IMG/VR virus record: IMGVR_UViG_3300021960_000018
DNA length: 64,000 bases
Reading direction: 5' to 3' (one strand)
Source: a virus
Shown: positions 18,570 through 28,395 of the stretch, one piece after another
Numbering within the stretch: the first letter of the stretch is position 1
How the letters are laid out: every line of letters starts with the position of its first letter
Made by a program: the position numbers and the translations under genes
Notes under the pieces: model-generated
The model's database searches: none
What the model saw: the letters and a program-made list of their open reading frames with translations, nothing else
What the model was told of the DNA's origin: nothing

Positions 18570-18617
18570 TTGTTGATACTACTAATATAATGCATCAATC
18601 AAGGTTTGTAAACCCCC
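18570..18617 (-). promoter_or_regulatory. Early promoter cassette
   Basis: GGGGGTTTACA-N17-TATATTAGTAGTATCAACAAGGAG. Confidence 0.8.
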
Positions 18618-18639
18618 TAAATTCATTTTTTTAGAAATT

Positions 18640-18846
18640 TTATAGTTCCCAGTATCTGAAACCGGTATGCTTTTCTTTACCATACATTTGATCCATGGTG
18701 ATTCTACCTTCGAAAGCTTTGGGCTTTAACTCAGCAAATCTATCAGCGATCATACGCATTTCCTTTGCATCCAGATTACATGTGCCATACTGCTCTACAA
18801 TTCGAGCAATGTCATGTAGCCGGATTTCGATTTCTCCATCTGTCAT
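18640..18846 (-). CDS. Hypothetical protein
   Basis: ORF with SD AGGAG. Confidence 0.55.
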   Translation of the reverse strand: MTDGEIEIRLHDIARIVEQYGTCNLDAKEMRMIADRFAELKPKAFEGRITMDQMYGKEKHTGFRYWEL

Positions 18847-18847
18847 A

Positions 18848-19270
18848 TTAGTTCTCCTTCAAGCTTTGTACGTGTGATCTGTGCACACGACAGTTGATAA
18901 TACCATTATAATAGGATTCATCTAACAATACATTTCTATCGAATTGTTCTTTTGCCTCGAGATAACCCATCTCACCTTTCGATCTGCAGAGATATAGTAT
19001 CTCACGAGTGAAATTGGATTCCCCATGTTCGAGTAATAGTTGCTTGACCAAGTCACTGGAACCATAGTACTTTTGCCAATCTGATGGCACGACGCTTCTT
19101 CGTTTTTTGGTCTTACCTTTAAGAGGGGGGAGTGTTTTCTTTGACCAGAATGTCTTTTTTCCAACGTACTTTTTACCGTTGGATTTATCCGTGATAACAT
19201 AGACAAATCCTACCCATTGCTTTAGTTGTTCTTCATCTGGTTCATACGGTTTATTATTATATAGCCACAT
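18848..19270 (-). CDS. GIY-YIG family protein (conserved nrdA-adjacent type)
   Basis: GFVYVIT...KYVGKK, YYGSS, FTREIL, YYNGII. Confidence 0.8.
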   Translation of the reverse strand: MWLYNNKPYEPDEEQLKQWVGFVYVITDKSNGKKYVGKKTFWSKKTLPPLKGKTKKRRSVVPSDWQKYYGSSDLVKQLLLEHGESNFTREILYLCRSKGEMGYLEAKEQFDRNVLLDESYYNGIINCRVHRSHVQSLKEN

Positions 19271-19304
19271 AATCTATTCCTTATTCGGATATGATTATAT
19301 ATGG

Positions 19305-19451
19305 CTATTCTTCATCCCATTCATCTTCATAAGAATCTTCGTCATCTTCACCAATCTCTTGGCCACAGACGACACAGAAGATGATATCTTCGTCACATTC
19401 TACATAAAACTCTGCTTCACAATTAGGACACGTGATTTCTTCTTTATTCAA
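19305..19451 (-). CDS. 48-aa Zn-ribbon protein with acidic tail (not in ORF track)
   Basis: TTG start with SD AGGAG; CPNC...CVVC followed by EDDEDSYEDEWDEE. Confidence 0.65.
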   Translation of the reverse strand: MNKEEITCPNCEAEFYVECDEDIIFCVVCGQEIGEDDEDSYEDEWDEE

Positions 19452-19462
19452 TCTTTTACTCC

Positions 19463-21118
19463 TTAAGCTTCACATGACGCACAGGTTAGAATGTCTCGCA
19501 CAAGCTCTTGCGCGGGATTAGAACTACGTTGGTAATAGAATGTTTTGATCCCACTCTTCCATCCTTCAATAAGAAGCTTATTGATATCTTTTGCAGGGGC
19601 ATCAGGTGGAATCATTAGATTAAGAGAAATGGCTTGGTCAACATATCTCTGACGACCAGCGTTTTGCTGTACAATTGTCATTGGGCTGATCTCAGAGAAT
19701 GTACGAAATACTTCACGCTCGTGCTGTGTAAGGAATTCTAGATGCTGTACAGATCCTTTACGCATTAGAATATCCCGCCAAGTATCTTCGTCATTCTTAC
19801 CATGTGATTCTAGTACTTTTACTAGATAAGGGTTTTTATAAGTGAAAGAACCCTTAGCCAAGTCTTTGACGAAGTAATTAGAAGCAAGAGGCTCAATACT
19901 TGGAGATACTTGTCCCAGAATAAACGACGAAGAAGTTGTAGGCGCGATTGCAGTAACTGTAAGATTCCGTAGACCATAACCTTTCATACCCTCTGGTTCA
20001 CCATGGAACCTTGCTAGTTCTTGAGATGCCTGAATAGAATGATCCAGAATGAATTTACTAATTTGTGTTCCAAGCATTTGGGCTTCGAATGATTCGAATG
20101 CGATTGACTTGGATTGTAGATAGGAATGCCAACCAAGTTGACCGAGGCCAAGTGCACGCCAGTGCTTAGCAAAGTTGTGTGCCGTTTCCATGAACTTCAC
20201 ACCTTTGGTCTTCTTAATATATTCTTCCATGACAGCGTCCAGAAAGTAAATCATAGTCTCTACGGCATCCGTATCCTTCCACTCGTCATATGTTACAAGA
20301 TTCATAGAGGAAAGATTGCAAACAAAAGTCCACTCATCAGACGACGGCAATGCGATCTCTGAGCATAGGTTAGACGCATAGATTGGGATATTCTTATCTT
20401 TTAGAACTTGTGGTTTATTGTTATTCACGGTATCAGAGAAGAACAAATAGGGGTAACCGGTCTCTTTACGTTTACGTAGAACCTTGGCCCAAGTCTCCCG
20501 CTTATGTTGGTCTCCATCAATCATCTCCTGCATCCAGTCGTCAGGAATAGTAACACCAAGGGAGATATTTTGAATATGATTGCCTGGCTCTCTGATTTCT
20601 AGAAACTCATCGATATCCCGATTATCAATATTAATGTAAGCAGCAAAAGCTCCCCGACGGACGCTCCCCTGTGAAATAACGTCAGTAGCAGTATCATATA
20701 GACGAAGATAGTGAACAGGCCCATCGGCTTTACCCCCAGTTTTAATCTTAGATCCACGAGCTCGAATGTCCCCAAAATAACCAGACGTACCAGCACCAAG
20801 TTTAGTCTGTACACCTACCTCGGCTTGCTTCTGGAGGATCTGTTCAATACTATCACCGACATATACACCATTGCAAGAAATAGGAAGACCTCTATCAACC
20901 CCAAAGTTGGACCAAACTGGTGAAGATAGACTATAGAAACCACGACTCATATAGTCGTAGAACTTATCAGAGAATCCTGGAACATGTAGGATTTTCTCTG
21001 CAGCATCAGCAATCTCGCGTACGCGCTCTTCCGCGATCACGCCCTCGCGTAGGTACCCGCGCGAGAGGAATAGACGTGACTCTTCATTTAGCCATTCAAA
21101 ACTCATAGTATTCTCCAT
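19463..21118 (-). CDS. nrdA: Class I ribonucleotide reductase alpha subunit (short, no ATP cone)
   Basis: PISC, SNLCSEI, VCNLSS, APTTSSS, TFYYQR, C-terminal CASC. Confidence 0.95.
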   Translation of the reverse strand: MENTMSFEWLNEESRLFLSRGYLREGVIAEERVREIADAAEKILHVPGFSDKFYDYMSRGFYSLSSPVWSNFGVDRGLPISCNGVYVGDSIEQILQKQAEVGVQTKLGAGTSGYFGDIRARGSKIKTGGKADGPVHYLRLYDTATDVISQGSVRRGAFAAYINIDNRDIDEFLEIREPGNHIQNISLGVTIPDDWMQEMIDGDQHKRETWAKVLRKRKETGYPYLFFSDTVNNNKPQVLKDKNIPIYASNLCSEIALPSSDEWTFVCNLSSMNLVTYDEWKDTDAVETMIYFLDAVMEEYIKKTKGVKFMETAHNFAKHWRALGLGQLGWHSYLQSKSIAFESFEAQMLGTQISKFILDHSIQASQELARFHGEPEGMKGYGLRNLTVTAIAPTTSSSFILGQVSPSIEPLASNYFVKDLAKGSFTYKNPYLVKVLESHGKNDEDTWRDILMRKGSVQHLEFLTQHEREVFRTFSEISPMTIVQQNAGRQRYVDQAISLNLMIPPDAPAKDINKLLIEGWKSGIKTFYYQRSSNPAQELVRDILTCASCEA

Positions 21119-22086
21119 TAAAATAAATCGTCGGCAGAGATGCCTTTGCCGCGGGCATAGTCAACTGGACGTCCTTGGAAGAAGTCGACCATGTTTGTTC
21201 CATATAGACCTTCATCAAACCAAGTTGTTTCTTTTACTAGCGTATTATCATAGGTTACCCCATGATCGAAGCCAATGGCTTCTAGAGATTCGACCATACG
21301 CTTTTTAATAAATTCAATTAAAATCTCACTAGAAAGACCCTTCTGCTCGTATCCATCCATAATCCAACGAATAACATTTGATTCGTATGCAATAGCTGCC
21401 TGAATTTCTTCTGCGATACGTGATTGTAATTCTTCATCGAATAGCTCTGGATATTCTTCGCGCATCGTGTTAATGAGCTTAATACCACACTGTGCGTGCA
21501 ACATTTCCTCGTTACGAGTGTACTTTACTTGCTGTGCGGTATCTTTAAGAATAGCTTTGTTTTTATTCATGTGCAAAATAATATAGAATTGCGAGAAGAG
21601 TGAAACGTTCTCCACAAATAAAGTAAAGAGAGTGATAGCATAGATGTATTGCTTACGGTCGTCTTTATATACCTTTTTCAAATATTTACGAAGGTATTGG
21701 ACACGGCCAGCAATAATAGGATTCTCTAGATTCTTTTCGAAAACGTCTGTAATACCAAGAACGTCTAGCAGTTTCTCATATGCCATATTATGGATAACCT
21801 CGGAGTTGCCCATAGCATATCCGAGGTCCCTAATAGATGGATGGGGTAGGTTGTCACCAAGATTCGCCCAGAATGTTTTCACAGCAACTTCGATCTGGCC
21901 AATTGCAGACAAAGCCCGGACAAGAACTTCACGCTCTTGTGTTGTCATTTCTGTTTTGAATTGAGAATAATCTGAAGAGAAATTAAATTCTTCCGGGGTC
22001 CAGAATCCGCTCCAAATAGCATCGATGAAATCTTTTGTCCAAGGGTAGTGATCAGGCTTTCGGGCAACTTGTTCTTCGAATAGCAT
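21118..22086 (-). CDS. nrdB: Class I ribonucleotide reductase beta subunit
   Basis: FWTPEE, EVIHNMAY, ENVSLFSQF, EEMLH, DFFQGRPVDY. Confidence 0.95.
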   Translation of the reverse strand: MLFEEQVARKPDHYPWTKDFIDAIWSGFWTPEEFNFSSDYSQFKTEMTTQEREVLVRALSAIGQIEVAVKTFWANLGDNLPHPSIRDLGYAMGNSEVIHNMAYEKLLDVLGITDVFEKNLENPIIAGRVQYLRKYLKKVYKDDRKQYIYAITLFTLFVENVSLFSQFYIILHMNKNKAILKDTAQQVKYTRNEEMLHAQCGIKLINTMREEYPELFDEELQSRIAEEIQAAIAYESNVIRWIMDGYEQKGLSSEILIEFIKKRMVESLEAIGFDHGVTYDNTLVKETTWFDEGLYGTNMVDFFQGRPVDYARGKGISADDLF

Positions 22087-22129
22087 TTAGAGTATTCCTT
22101 TCTTAACACACAATTGTATTACGCACACA

Positions 22130-22229
22130 AAACTATATTTTGTGGTTCACGTGTTATATTGGTGGGATTTTTATTTGTACTGTTATTATATATAAAAACC
22201 AAAACCTCGTAAACCCACTATATGTGGTA
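22130..22229. promoter_or_regulatory. Two NrdR-box-like sites flanking the nrdBA promoter
   Basis: AAACTATATTTTGTG (22130-22144) and CCACTATATGTGGTA (22215-22229) versus consensus acaCwAtATaTwGtg; minus-strand promoter GGGTTTACG...TATAAT between them. Confidence 0.65.
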
Positions 22230-22264
22230 TTTACAAAAAATATTTTGGCATATTTGGTAAATTT

Positions 22265-22672
22265 TTAATTTGTATTTGTAACGTTATCCATAGCTTCTTC
22301 GGCTTCTTTATAGTAACGTTCATAGGCAAAAATGATTGCCTGTTGCTGTTGTACCAAAGCTCTGATATCACTAAAGTTTAATGCAAGGGCTTCATAACCA
22401 TCACCAGTAAGAACAAACATAGCTAATGGTGCACCCCCAGCGGTTAACTTGGAAAGTTGCGCATCCATATTCTCACGAGTAATAATTACCCATTCTACAT
22501 CCCGCATATTTAGTTCATCGACGGGAGGAAGAACTAGTTCTGGTCTTTTAATAGGAGCGCTAGTTACCACTATCTCCTGCGGCTGCTGGTTGGTCGCCAG
22601 ACACCCCGCTAGAAGAAATGCCAGGCCAAAGCCAAGGGCACTCTTTGTTAAAACTTTCACCGTCTGTTGCAT
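22265..22672 (-). CDS. o-spanin (Rz1-like lipoprotein)
   Basis: Lipobox LLAGC, Pro-rich linker, helical C-terminus; overlaps the i-spanin gene. Confidence 0.7.
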   Translation of the reverse strand: MQQTVKVLTKSALGFGLAFLLAGCLATNQQPQEIVVTSAPIKRPELVLPPVDELNMRDVEWVIITRENMDAQLSKLTAGGAPLAMFVLTGDGYEALALNFSDIRALVQQQQAIIFAYERYYKEAEEAMDNVTNTN

Positions 22673-23069
22673 TTTTCTCTTCCTCAGTTAATGGCGAACC
22701 GGATAAAATTTCAAAGCATCTTCCAGCATTAATAGTACCTCGATTAACCGCACGTTCAATGCTGTCAGGTCTTTCTGCAGCAATCAATCCTAAATCCATA
22801 TTAGCAAGTTTAGCTGATAGTCTATTGTTTTGTCTACGAATCTCTGCATACTGTTCGTTAATTCTAGCATTTTCGGCTTGAATAGCAGCATAGTCAGCTT
22901 GCATCGATGCAATAGCAGATTCCTGCGTTTGGACTGCATCTTTTAGTTTAACTTCGTTTTCTCTTAAAATCCGAATGGTTTCTTGCGTATTATTATAGTA
23001 TGTATAAGCCGTATAACCAATTCCGCCGAAGGTCGCAAGAATAAAGAGTAAAAGGTATAATCTAAGCAT
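22560..23069 (-). CDS. i-spanin (Rz-like)
   Basis: Single N-terminal TM, long coiled coil, C-terminal Cys pair. Confidence 0.7.
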   Translation of the reverse strand: MLRLYLLLFILATFGGIGYTAYTYYNNTQETIRILRENEVKLKDAVQTQESAIASMQADYAAIQAENARINEQYAEIRRQNNRLSAKLANMDLGLIAAERPDSIERAVNRGTINAGRCFEILSGSPLTEEEKNATDGESFNKECPWLWPGISSSGVSGDQPAAAGDSGN

Positions 23070-24012
23070 CAGTTCCTACAAACGTCCTAAACCTTTTTAG
23101 TAAGACAGGATGTTTGTCCTTTCTTCGTCTACGATCTGTTACATGAATCGTCTTATATTTTGGACCCATATCTTTCGTATCATGTGGGATCCCAGCATCA
23201 GCAGTAGTCATCATTTCTTCTTTTAAATTTTTCTGTGATTTCATCCAGGAACCCGCCGCCTTATTTTTAGGGACTGATCTAGTCCATGCAGAAATTTTCT
23301 TATAGATACGCATTACCTGTGATTCGTAATTAGAACCATCAGAATTATCAATGACCATCATATTATTACCGAAAAACCCTTGGAATTTACCAATATTATT
23401 CTGTACATCTTTCCACATTCTTGTCACAACATCATCTGGGAGAGAACGTGGGCGCTCTCCATTACGACGTAGGGCAGTATCTTTATCAGTGTTTACAAAA
23501 ATCATAGCAGTCTCATAACCAAGTTTACTTAGTGCGATGGCTTGCTTTATAATCTTTTCATAATCTTTACCAGTACCATCAATAATTAATCCAAGTCTAC
23601 CGTTTACATAATTTTGTTGTTTACTTTTAGTAAGCGACTTTGCTCTGTTCCTAATTTCTTGACCCCTTGGGGAATATATATTATCCGGGTTCATTTCTAA
23701 GCCAGCTTTTTTTAAACTAATTTCGAATATATCATCAGAGTTAACTACTTTCATTCCGAGTGAAGTTAATGCCGTTTTACCTACGATAAAAGATTTACCG
23801 GAACCCGGACCACCAGCTAGAAATACGGCTTTAAAGATAGCTGGGTCATTAATACCTTCGACTACATCCATCTTTTCTTGACCGGGGGTTTTATCCCTAG
23901 CTTTTTTAGTAGCTTCGGGGGTTCCCCACTCTGGCTGATCGGGATACCATTTATCAGTACCTTCTAATTCTTTTCTTTTTTTCTCGATCAACCGAGCCAT
24001 CCATTCACTCAT
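23062..24012 (-). CDS. P-loop kinase (AAA_33/zeta-toxin/PNK-like)
   Basis: FLAGGPGSGKS, NSDD, IIDGTG, ALRRNGERPR. Confidence 0.8.
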   Translation of the reverse strand: MSEWMARLIEKKRKELEGTDKWYPDQPEWGTPEATKKARDKTPGQEKMDVVEGINDPAIFKAVFLAGGPGSGKSFIVGKTALTSLGMKVVNSDDIFEISLKKAGLEMNPDNIYSPRGQEIRNRAKSLTKSKQQNYVNGRLGLIIDGTGKDYEKIIKQAIALSKLGYETAMIFVNTDKDTALRRNGERPRSLPDDVVTRMWKDVQNNIGKFQGFFGNNMMVIDNSDGSNYESQVMRIYKKISAWTRSVPKNKAAGSWMKSQKNLKEEMMTTADAGIPHDTKDMGPKYKTIHVTDRRRRKDKHPVLLKRFRTFVGTDA

Positions 24013-24572
24013 TTGAGAAGATCCTGTGCTGCTACGTAGATTTGTTGTTTAGTACGAACATGAGTTGCTTCGTAAATATCTATGCCTAAAACGGTACCAA
24101 TTGGATAACATTTTTCAGAAATTCGAATCTTATCCATTTTTCTGCATACTGGTTCAAATGTAGAATTCAGAATCTTAGATTCTTTAAGTCTATAAATCCC
24201 AGGAGAAATCCGTCTATCATCTAGCATATACCATTCATAGTTCTCGACAAGGTCATTCTCGATGCCAACTTTACGTAGCACCTTTTCAATATTCTTATCA
24301 CTAACGTTATATTTTTCTTTTAAAAGGTATAGAGCGGCGGCATAGCTAGCAAACCGATTACCAGGAATCAGTCGCTTAATATTAAACACCAATCTATGGA
24401 ATGGTGTGTATGCATCTTTGTTGCTATTTGTAATGCCGACCGTTTTAACTCTCTGTCCTTTTGCATCGATGATCCCTGCTTTATAAGCTGAAGTCTCTTC
24501 CCACGGTTGGGTCAAAAGTTTTAAGAATCGAAATGTATATACTAGGTCTGCACCAGCTGTGATAATGCTCAT
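24009..24572 (-). CDS. Conserved T4-like hypothetical protein
   Basis: RFLKLLTQPW...AYKAGIIDAKG...YTPFHRLVFNIKR. Confidence 0.7.
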   Translation of the reverse strand: MSIITAGADLVYTFRFLKLLTQPWEETSAYKAGIIDAKGQRVKTVGITNSNKDAYTPFHRLVFNIKRLIPGNRFASYAAALYLLKEKYNVSDKNIEKVLRKVGIENDLVENYEWYMLDDRRISPGIYRLKESKILNSTFEPVCRKMDKIRISEKCYPIGTVLGIDIYEATHVRTKQQIYVAAQDLLK

Positions 24573-24937
24573 TATATCTTTCCTAATAGATCTTGTACTT
24601 TGGGATCTGAATTTATTTCAGGATAATCAGATTCATTTATAAAATTTAAAAATACTAAAAATGGTTTTAGTATAGGCCACATTTCAGATTCAATTTTAAA
24701 CTCGAAAATCTTCAAAGTAGCCGGGATTGAGAATGAGTTACCAAATACAATAATATGGTTTAACAAAAGACGTTCAGATAGCTTACCGGCTTCTAGATAT
24801 CTGTTGATCAGTCTTTTTATATATTTAATCCGATGAAGGTCTTCATAAAAATCTTCTACTTCGCTGCAGCGCGGATTATAGTAATGCCCCGCAGCGAAGA
24901 GTAGATAGGTTTCATCATCTAGCTTTTCAATCTTCAT
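24572..24937 (-). CDS. Conserved T4-like hypothetical protein
   Basis: YYNPRC...FYEDL.RIKYIKRL...ERLLLNHII. Confidence 0.7.
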   Translation of the reverse strand: MKIEKLDDETYLLFAAGHYYNPRCSEVEDFYEDLHRIKYIKRLINRYLEAGKLSERLLLNHIIVFGNSFSIPATLKIFEFKIESEMWPILKPFLVFLNFINESDYPEINSDPKVQDLLGKI

Positions 24938-24948
24938 TTAAGTAGCAA

Positions 24949-25443
24949 TTACCGATCCATTAGGGCTTTCATAAGCTCCGGCAATGTTTTTGCTTCTTTT
25001 ACCTTAGTTGGAGATTGAATAACAGCTTTGTCACCCTGTGATTTGTCAGCAGGACGGCCTTTATGGTTCTCACCTGGCTCAGATGCCTTGATAGCAGCAG
25101 CAGTATCTGCAGCGGCTTTCATACCATCAACTTCAGCTGGCTTAGGATCAATACCACCATGACCGTCAGCCATTTTCTTATCAGAAGCTGTGAAACGATC
25201 AGCCATCATTTCTTTATCCTTAGCATTGGGATCACGAACTTCTTCAGCAACCTCAACTTCTTCTTTTTTCATAGCTTTTTTAATAGCCTTACGACGGTTA
25301 TGAAGATACTCGTCAGACTTATCGGTGTCGCCATCGTTATCGATGTCGTCATCTTCTTGACCGACAGGATCCATTTTCTTATGAGCTTTTTCTTGGACTT
25401 CTTGGTAGGCAGCCCAAACCTTTTTGATGTCTTCTCTATCCAT
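24949..25443 (-). CDS. Charged low-complexity protein with DxDxDG loop (probable internal virion protein)
   Basis: DPVGQEDDDIDNDGDTDKSDEYL; start MDREDIK. Confidence 0.6.
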   Translation of the reverse strand: MDREDIKKVWAAYQEVQEKAHKKMDPVGQEDDDIDNDGDTDKSDEYLHNRRKAIKKAMKKEEVEVAEEVRDPNAKDKEMMADRFTASDKKMADGHGGIDPKPAEVDGMKAAADTAAAIKASEPGENHKGRPADKSQGDKAVIQSPTKVKEAKTLPELMKALMDR

Positions 25444-25453
25444 TTTTTTATCC

Positions 25454-25726
25454 TTACATATAGATTTGGGATACTGTGGCGGCAATAGCAGCTGCAACTA
25501 CCAACCAGAACAATTTTATAATATTATTTACCGCTTGTGAATTTGCCACTACAGTTTTTTCAATATGGTCTAACTTCTCTGAAAACCGATTCATGCGATC
25601 ATATTGAGAAGCATATTTAGATTCCATAGCAATAAGCTTTTCCTCAGCTCTAGCAATGGAAACCATAGCTTCACTAAGTTTATCGAGCTTTTCCTCGATC
25701 CGATCAAGTCTAGTTTCTTCGGCCAT
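25454..25726 (-). CDS. Coiled-coil protein with C-terminal TM
   Basis: RLDRIEEKLDKLSEAMVSIAR; C-terminal hydrophobic helix. Confidence 0.6.
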   Translation of the reverse strand: MAEETRLDRIEEKLDKLSEAMVSIARAEEKLIAMESKYASQYDRMNRFSEKLDHIEKTVVANSQAVNNIIKLFWLVVAAAIAATVSQIYM

Positions 25727-26034
25727 TACCACTTTTCCTTGTCCGCCCAGTAAGCTGCACTCATCTTACCTTTAGCAATATTCTTAGCATGACGAGCTTT
25801 GAATGACTTACGTCTTGCTTTCTGACGATCGGATTCACCCTTTTTTGGTGCGCCAGCAGTAGTAACGCCTTGTTGACCGAAGCGAATAGTCTTAATCTTA
25901 TCTCCATCCTTAGCCACAACAATATGCGACTTAGTAGGATGGCCAGGGGTACGCTTAGGTTTATTAAACCCTTCGACTCCAGCAGCCTTAATACGAGGAT
26001 CTTTTTCCTCTAGGAATTCTTTAAACTTAATCAT
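25726..26034 (-). CDS. Basic protein with capsid-targeting-like N-terminus
   Basis: MIKFKEFLEE; IRFGQQG...RRKSFKARH...SAAYW. Confidence 0.7.
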   Translation of the reverse strand: MIKFKEFLEEKDPRIKAAGVEGFNKPKRTPGHPTKSHIVVAKDGDKIKTIRFGQQGVTTAGAPKKGESDRQKARRKSFKARHAKNIAKGKMSAAYWADKEKW

Positions 26035-26055
26035 TTTTAGCCATTTTTTGTTTAG

Positions 26056-26562
26056 TTACTGGTTATACTTAGAATTTGCCTTATCAGCAAGACGACCAGA
26101 AGCACCAGTAATACCGCGCATGCGGTTTTTAATATTGCGCTTTACATTTGGGCTTGCCTTCTTCATAGAAGATGAAGCTTGCGCTGCAGCAACAGCAGCA
26201 TTTCCTGCCATGTTACCAGCCGCCTTCTTGATGTAGCTGTGTAGAGTGTTTGGTGAAAGCTCATCGAGCTCAACAGATTCTTTCTGTGAACGTTTAAAGT
26301 CTGCATCAGTTGGTGCACCTTTAGAACCTGGCTTACGCATCTTCTTACCAGCACGACGTTTCGCCCAGATGTTATCCCAAAGACCTTTTTCTTCTAAATT
26401 CTCTTCGGCAACTTTCTTTGCGGTAGCAGTTGCAATAGCCATCTTTTTCGCCATTGGCATATCAGGATTATCCCGTTCAATTGCCTTAGCAATTTCTTCA
26501 CGCTTTTTCTTTTCTGCTGGTGTCAGAGTTTTTTCTTCTAAAAAAGATTTAAAATTACGCAT
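26056..26562 (-). CDS. Probable internal head protein
   Basis: MRNFKSFLEE; repeated (L/V)xE sites (VAEE, LEE, LDE). Confidence 0.6.
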   Translation of the reverse strand: MRNFKSFLEEKTLTPAEKKKREEIAKAIERDNPDMPMAKKMAIATATAKKVAEENLEEKGLWDNIWAKRRAGKKMRKPGSKGAPTDADFKRSQKESVELDELSPNTLHSYIKKAAGNMAGNAAVAAAQASSSMKKASPNVKRNIKNRMRGITGASGRLADKANSKYNQ

Positions 26563-27331
26563 TTTCTTCTTCCTCATATTCGTTACCTTCCATGAAAGCG
26601 TGTAGGTCTTTCATCGACTCGTAGGTGCCAGTAAGTTTATTTTGGAACCACTCTGGGAAGGCTGATCCCTTTTCGATGTATTCCATAATTTCATCTGATG
26701 CATAACTAATAAATTTTAATTGTGACATAGCCATTCCAGCTTCATCTGGTGATGCTGGTTCATCATCTTCTTTTGCTTCTGACACAGCCTTTTTAGTTTT
26801 AGCAAAGACCGATACGTCGCCAGTAACAACAGAAATAAGTTGTTGGAACATATTAACGACCATATTTTTTTCACGAATATTTAATTCTTTATCGTCATCA
26901 AGCTTCTTCATAATAATCATAAGACGCTGAACATCTTTTTTATCAACTAAACCAAGAGTGCCAAGTTGCTTAACTCTATTTGTATCTACTGCTTCCGTTA
27001 CAGACTCATTTGGATGATGTGGCAGTCTTTTATCAAGAGCTTTAAGACCCTTATTTCTTTTATTCAGGGTATTAACGTTTTTATTGAAATCTTTTTTATC
27101 ACCACGAGCAGTAGCGGCTAGGGCCGCTTGTCTAGATTGAATCGCAGAACTCTTAGCCTTCGCACCATAGCTACGAAGAGTATCGTTAGAAATTTCAGAT
27201 ACCGGGATCTTTCTATCAGCATCCTTATCTACTACTTTTTTATCAGTAGGAACCATACGGATTCTTTTCTTACCCGTATTTGGATCTGTCCAGATCTCTG
27301 GTTTTCTATCGGCAGATTTTACATCGCTCAT
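26555..27331 (-). CDS. Probable internal head protein
   Basis: Modules separated by VSE, VTE, VSE motifs. Confidence 0.55.
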   Translation of the reverse strand: MSDVKSADRKPEIWTDPNTGKKRIRMVPTDKKVVDKDADRKIPVSEISNDTLRSYGAKAKSSAIQSRQAALAATARGDKKDFNKNVNTLNKRNKGLKALDKRLPHHPNESVTEAVDTNRVKQLGTLGLVDKKDVQRLMIIMKKLDDDKELNIREKNMVVNMFQQLISVVTGDVSVFAKTKKAVSEAKEDDEPASPDEAGMAMSQLKFISYASDEIMEYIEKGSAFPEWFQNKLTGTYESMKDLHAFMEGNEYEEEENA

Positions 27332-28395
27332 TATTTTAACCTCTGTTTAAAAGATTCATATGCCACACCTTTTTTGGTATGTTTCTTTTCAATGTCTTGG
27401 CGTTTCTTTAACGCTTTATTTGTTTCGGGTGAACCAGCTACATCAGCAAAATCTTTAGCAGCTTTCATACGATCAGCTGCATCGACGTCACCATCAAAGT
27501 CACGGTCAACATATTGTTTCCCATGTTTGATTTGATGTTTAAGCGAAAGCTTAGTATCCAATCTGTGGTTGCTTTCTAATACTTCTACATCATTTAACCA
27601 TTTACGTAGTTTTTTACCTTCGGCAGTTTCAAGTACTAAATAGTTAGAACCAAGAGTCATAACTGTTGCTACTTCGTCTGTCGATTTAACAACTACTTGA
27701 TCACCTTCGTTAAAAAGAGTACCACGTACATATTCTTCACGAGTTTCAGACACCGGCATAAGTTCAATGTGTCGTTTAAAATTCTTTTCTTCCTTCAGTC
27801 CCATACCTTTGCGCACAGTATTAAAGAGTGCCTTTGCATCCGCATTAGACACTCTTTTTGGAAGACCTTGGGAGAAGGAAGCAAAATCATTATCAGATGC
27901 AAACCCGCGCATCTTAGAAGCTGACATACCCTCGACACCTTCAGCATCTGGATCACGTTCACCAGCAGAAATTACAGTGATCTTTTTAAAATTATAATGA
28001 CCGTGTCGACCATCAACACCGTTATACTTGTTAAGAAGGGTCTGAAACTCAGCGACACGATCTGACCCCACTACCATTGCGATATTTTTATAACCCTCAT
28101 TATAGAGAATCGTAGCAATATCCATAACATTCTTTACGTTACGATTTAGCATAACCGAACGAGCATGCTTCGGAAACATCTTACGTACAAATTTAATTTT
28201 AGAACCATAATCTAAAGGGTTCTTTTTGGGATCAGAAGATTGCGATAAAAAAGCTCTATAAGGATTAGATCCAGATTTAGAAGCCAAAACATCTAGCAAC
28301 TTTCCATGACCAATGGTAGGAGGGTTCATCCTACCAAACGTAAAAAATACCGTCTTTTCTTCTTCAACTAGAAAGTTACGGAATGAATTAATCAT
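27331..28395 (-). CDS. HIGH-motif cytidyltransferase-like nucleotidyltransferase
   Basis: FGRMNPPTIGHGKL, VVGSDR, SAGERDPD, MSASKMR; N-terminus SFRNFLVEE. Confidence 0.85.
   Translation of the reverse strand: MINSFRNFLVEEEKTVFFTFGRMNPPTIGHGKLLDVLASKSGSNPYRAFLSQSSDPKKNPLDYGSKIKFVRKMFPKHARSVMLNRNVKNVMDIATILYNEGYKNIAMVVGSDRVAEFQTLLNKYNGVDGRHGHYNFKKITVISAGERDPDAEGVEGMSASKMRGFASDNDFASFSQGLPKRVSNADAKALFNTVRKGMGLKEEKNFKRHIELMPVSETREEYVRGTLFNEGDQVVVKSTDEVATVMTLGSNYLVLETAEGKKLRKWLNDVEVLESNHRLDTKLSLKHQIKHGKQYVDRDFDGDVDAADRMKAAKDFADVAGSPETNKALKKRQDIEKKHTKKGVAYESFKQRLK

Noticed and set aside
19463-22086. Introns or inteins in nrdA/nrdB (also thyX, 41, uvsX)
   Set aside because: ORFs are continuous and of normal or short length.
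23062-24012. Zeta toxin of a toxin-antitoxin pair
   Set aside because: Only generic P-loop kinase similarity; no epsilon-like partner evident, and the context is the virion-protein cluster.
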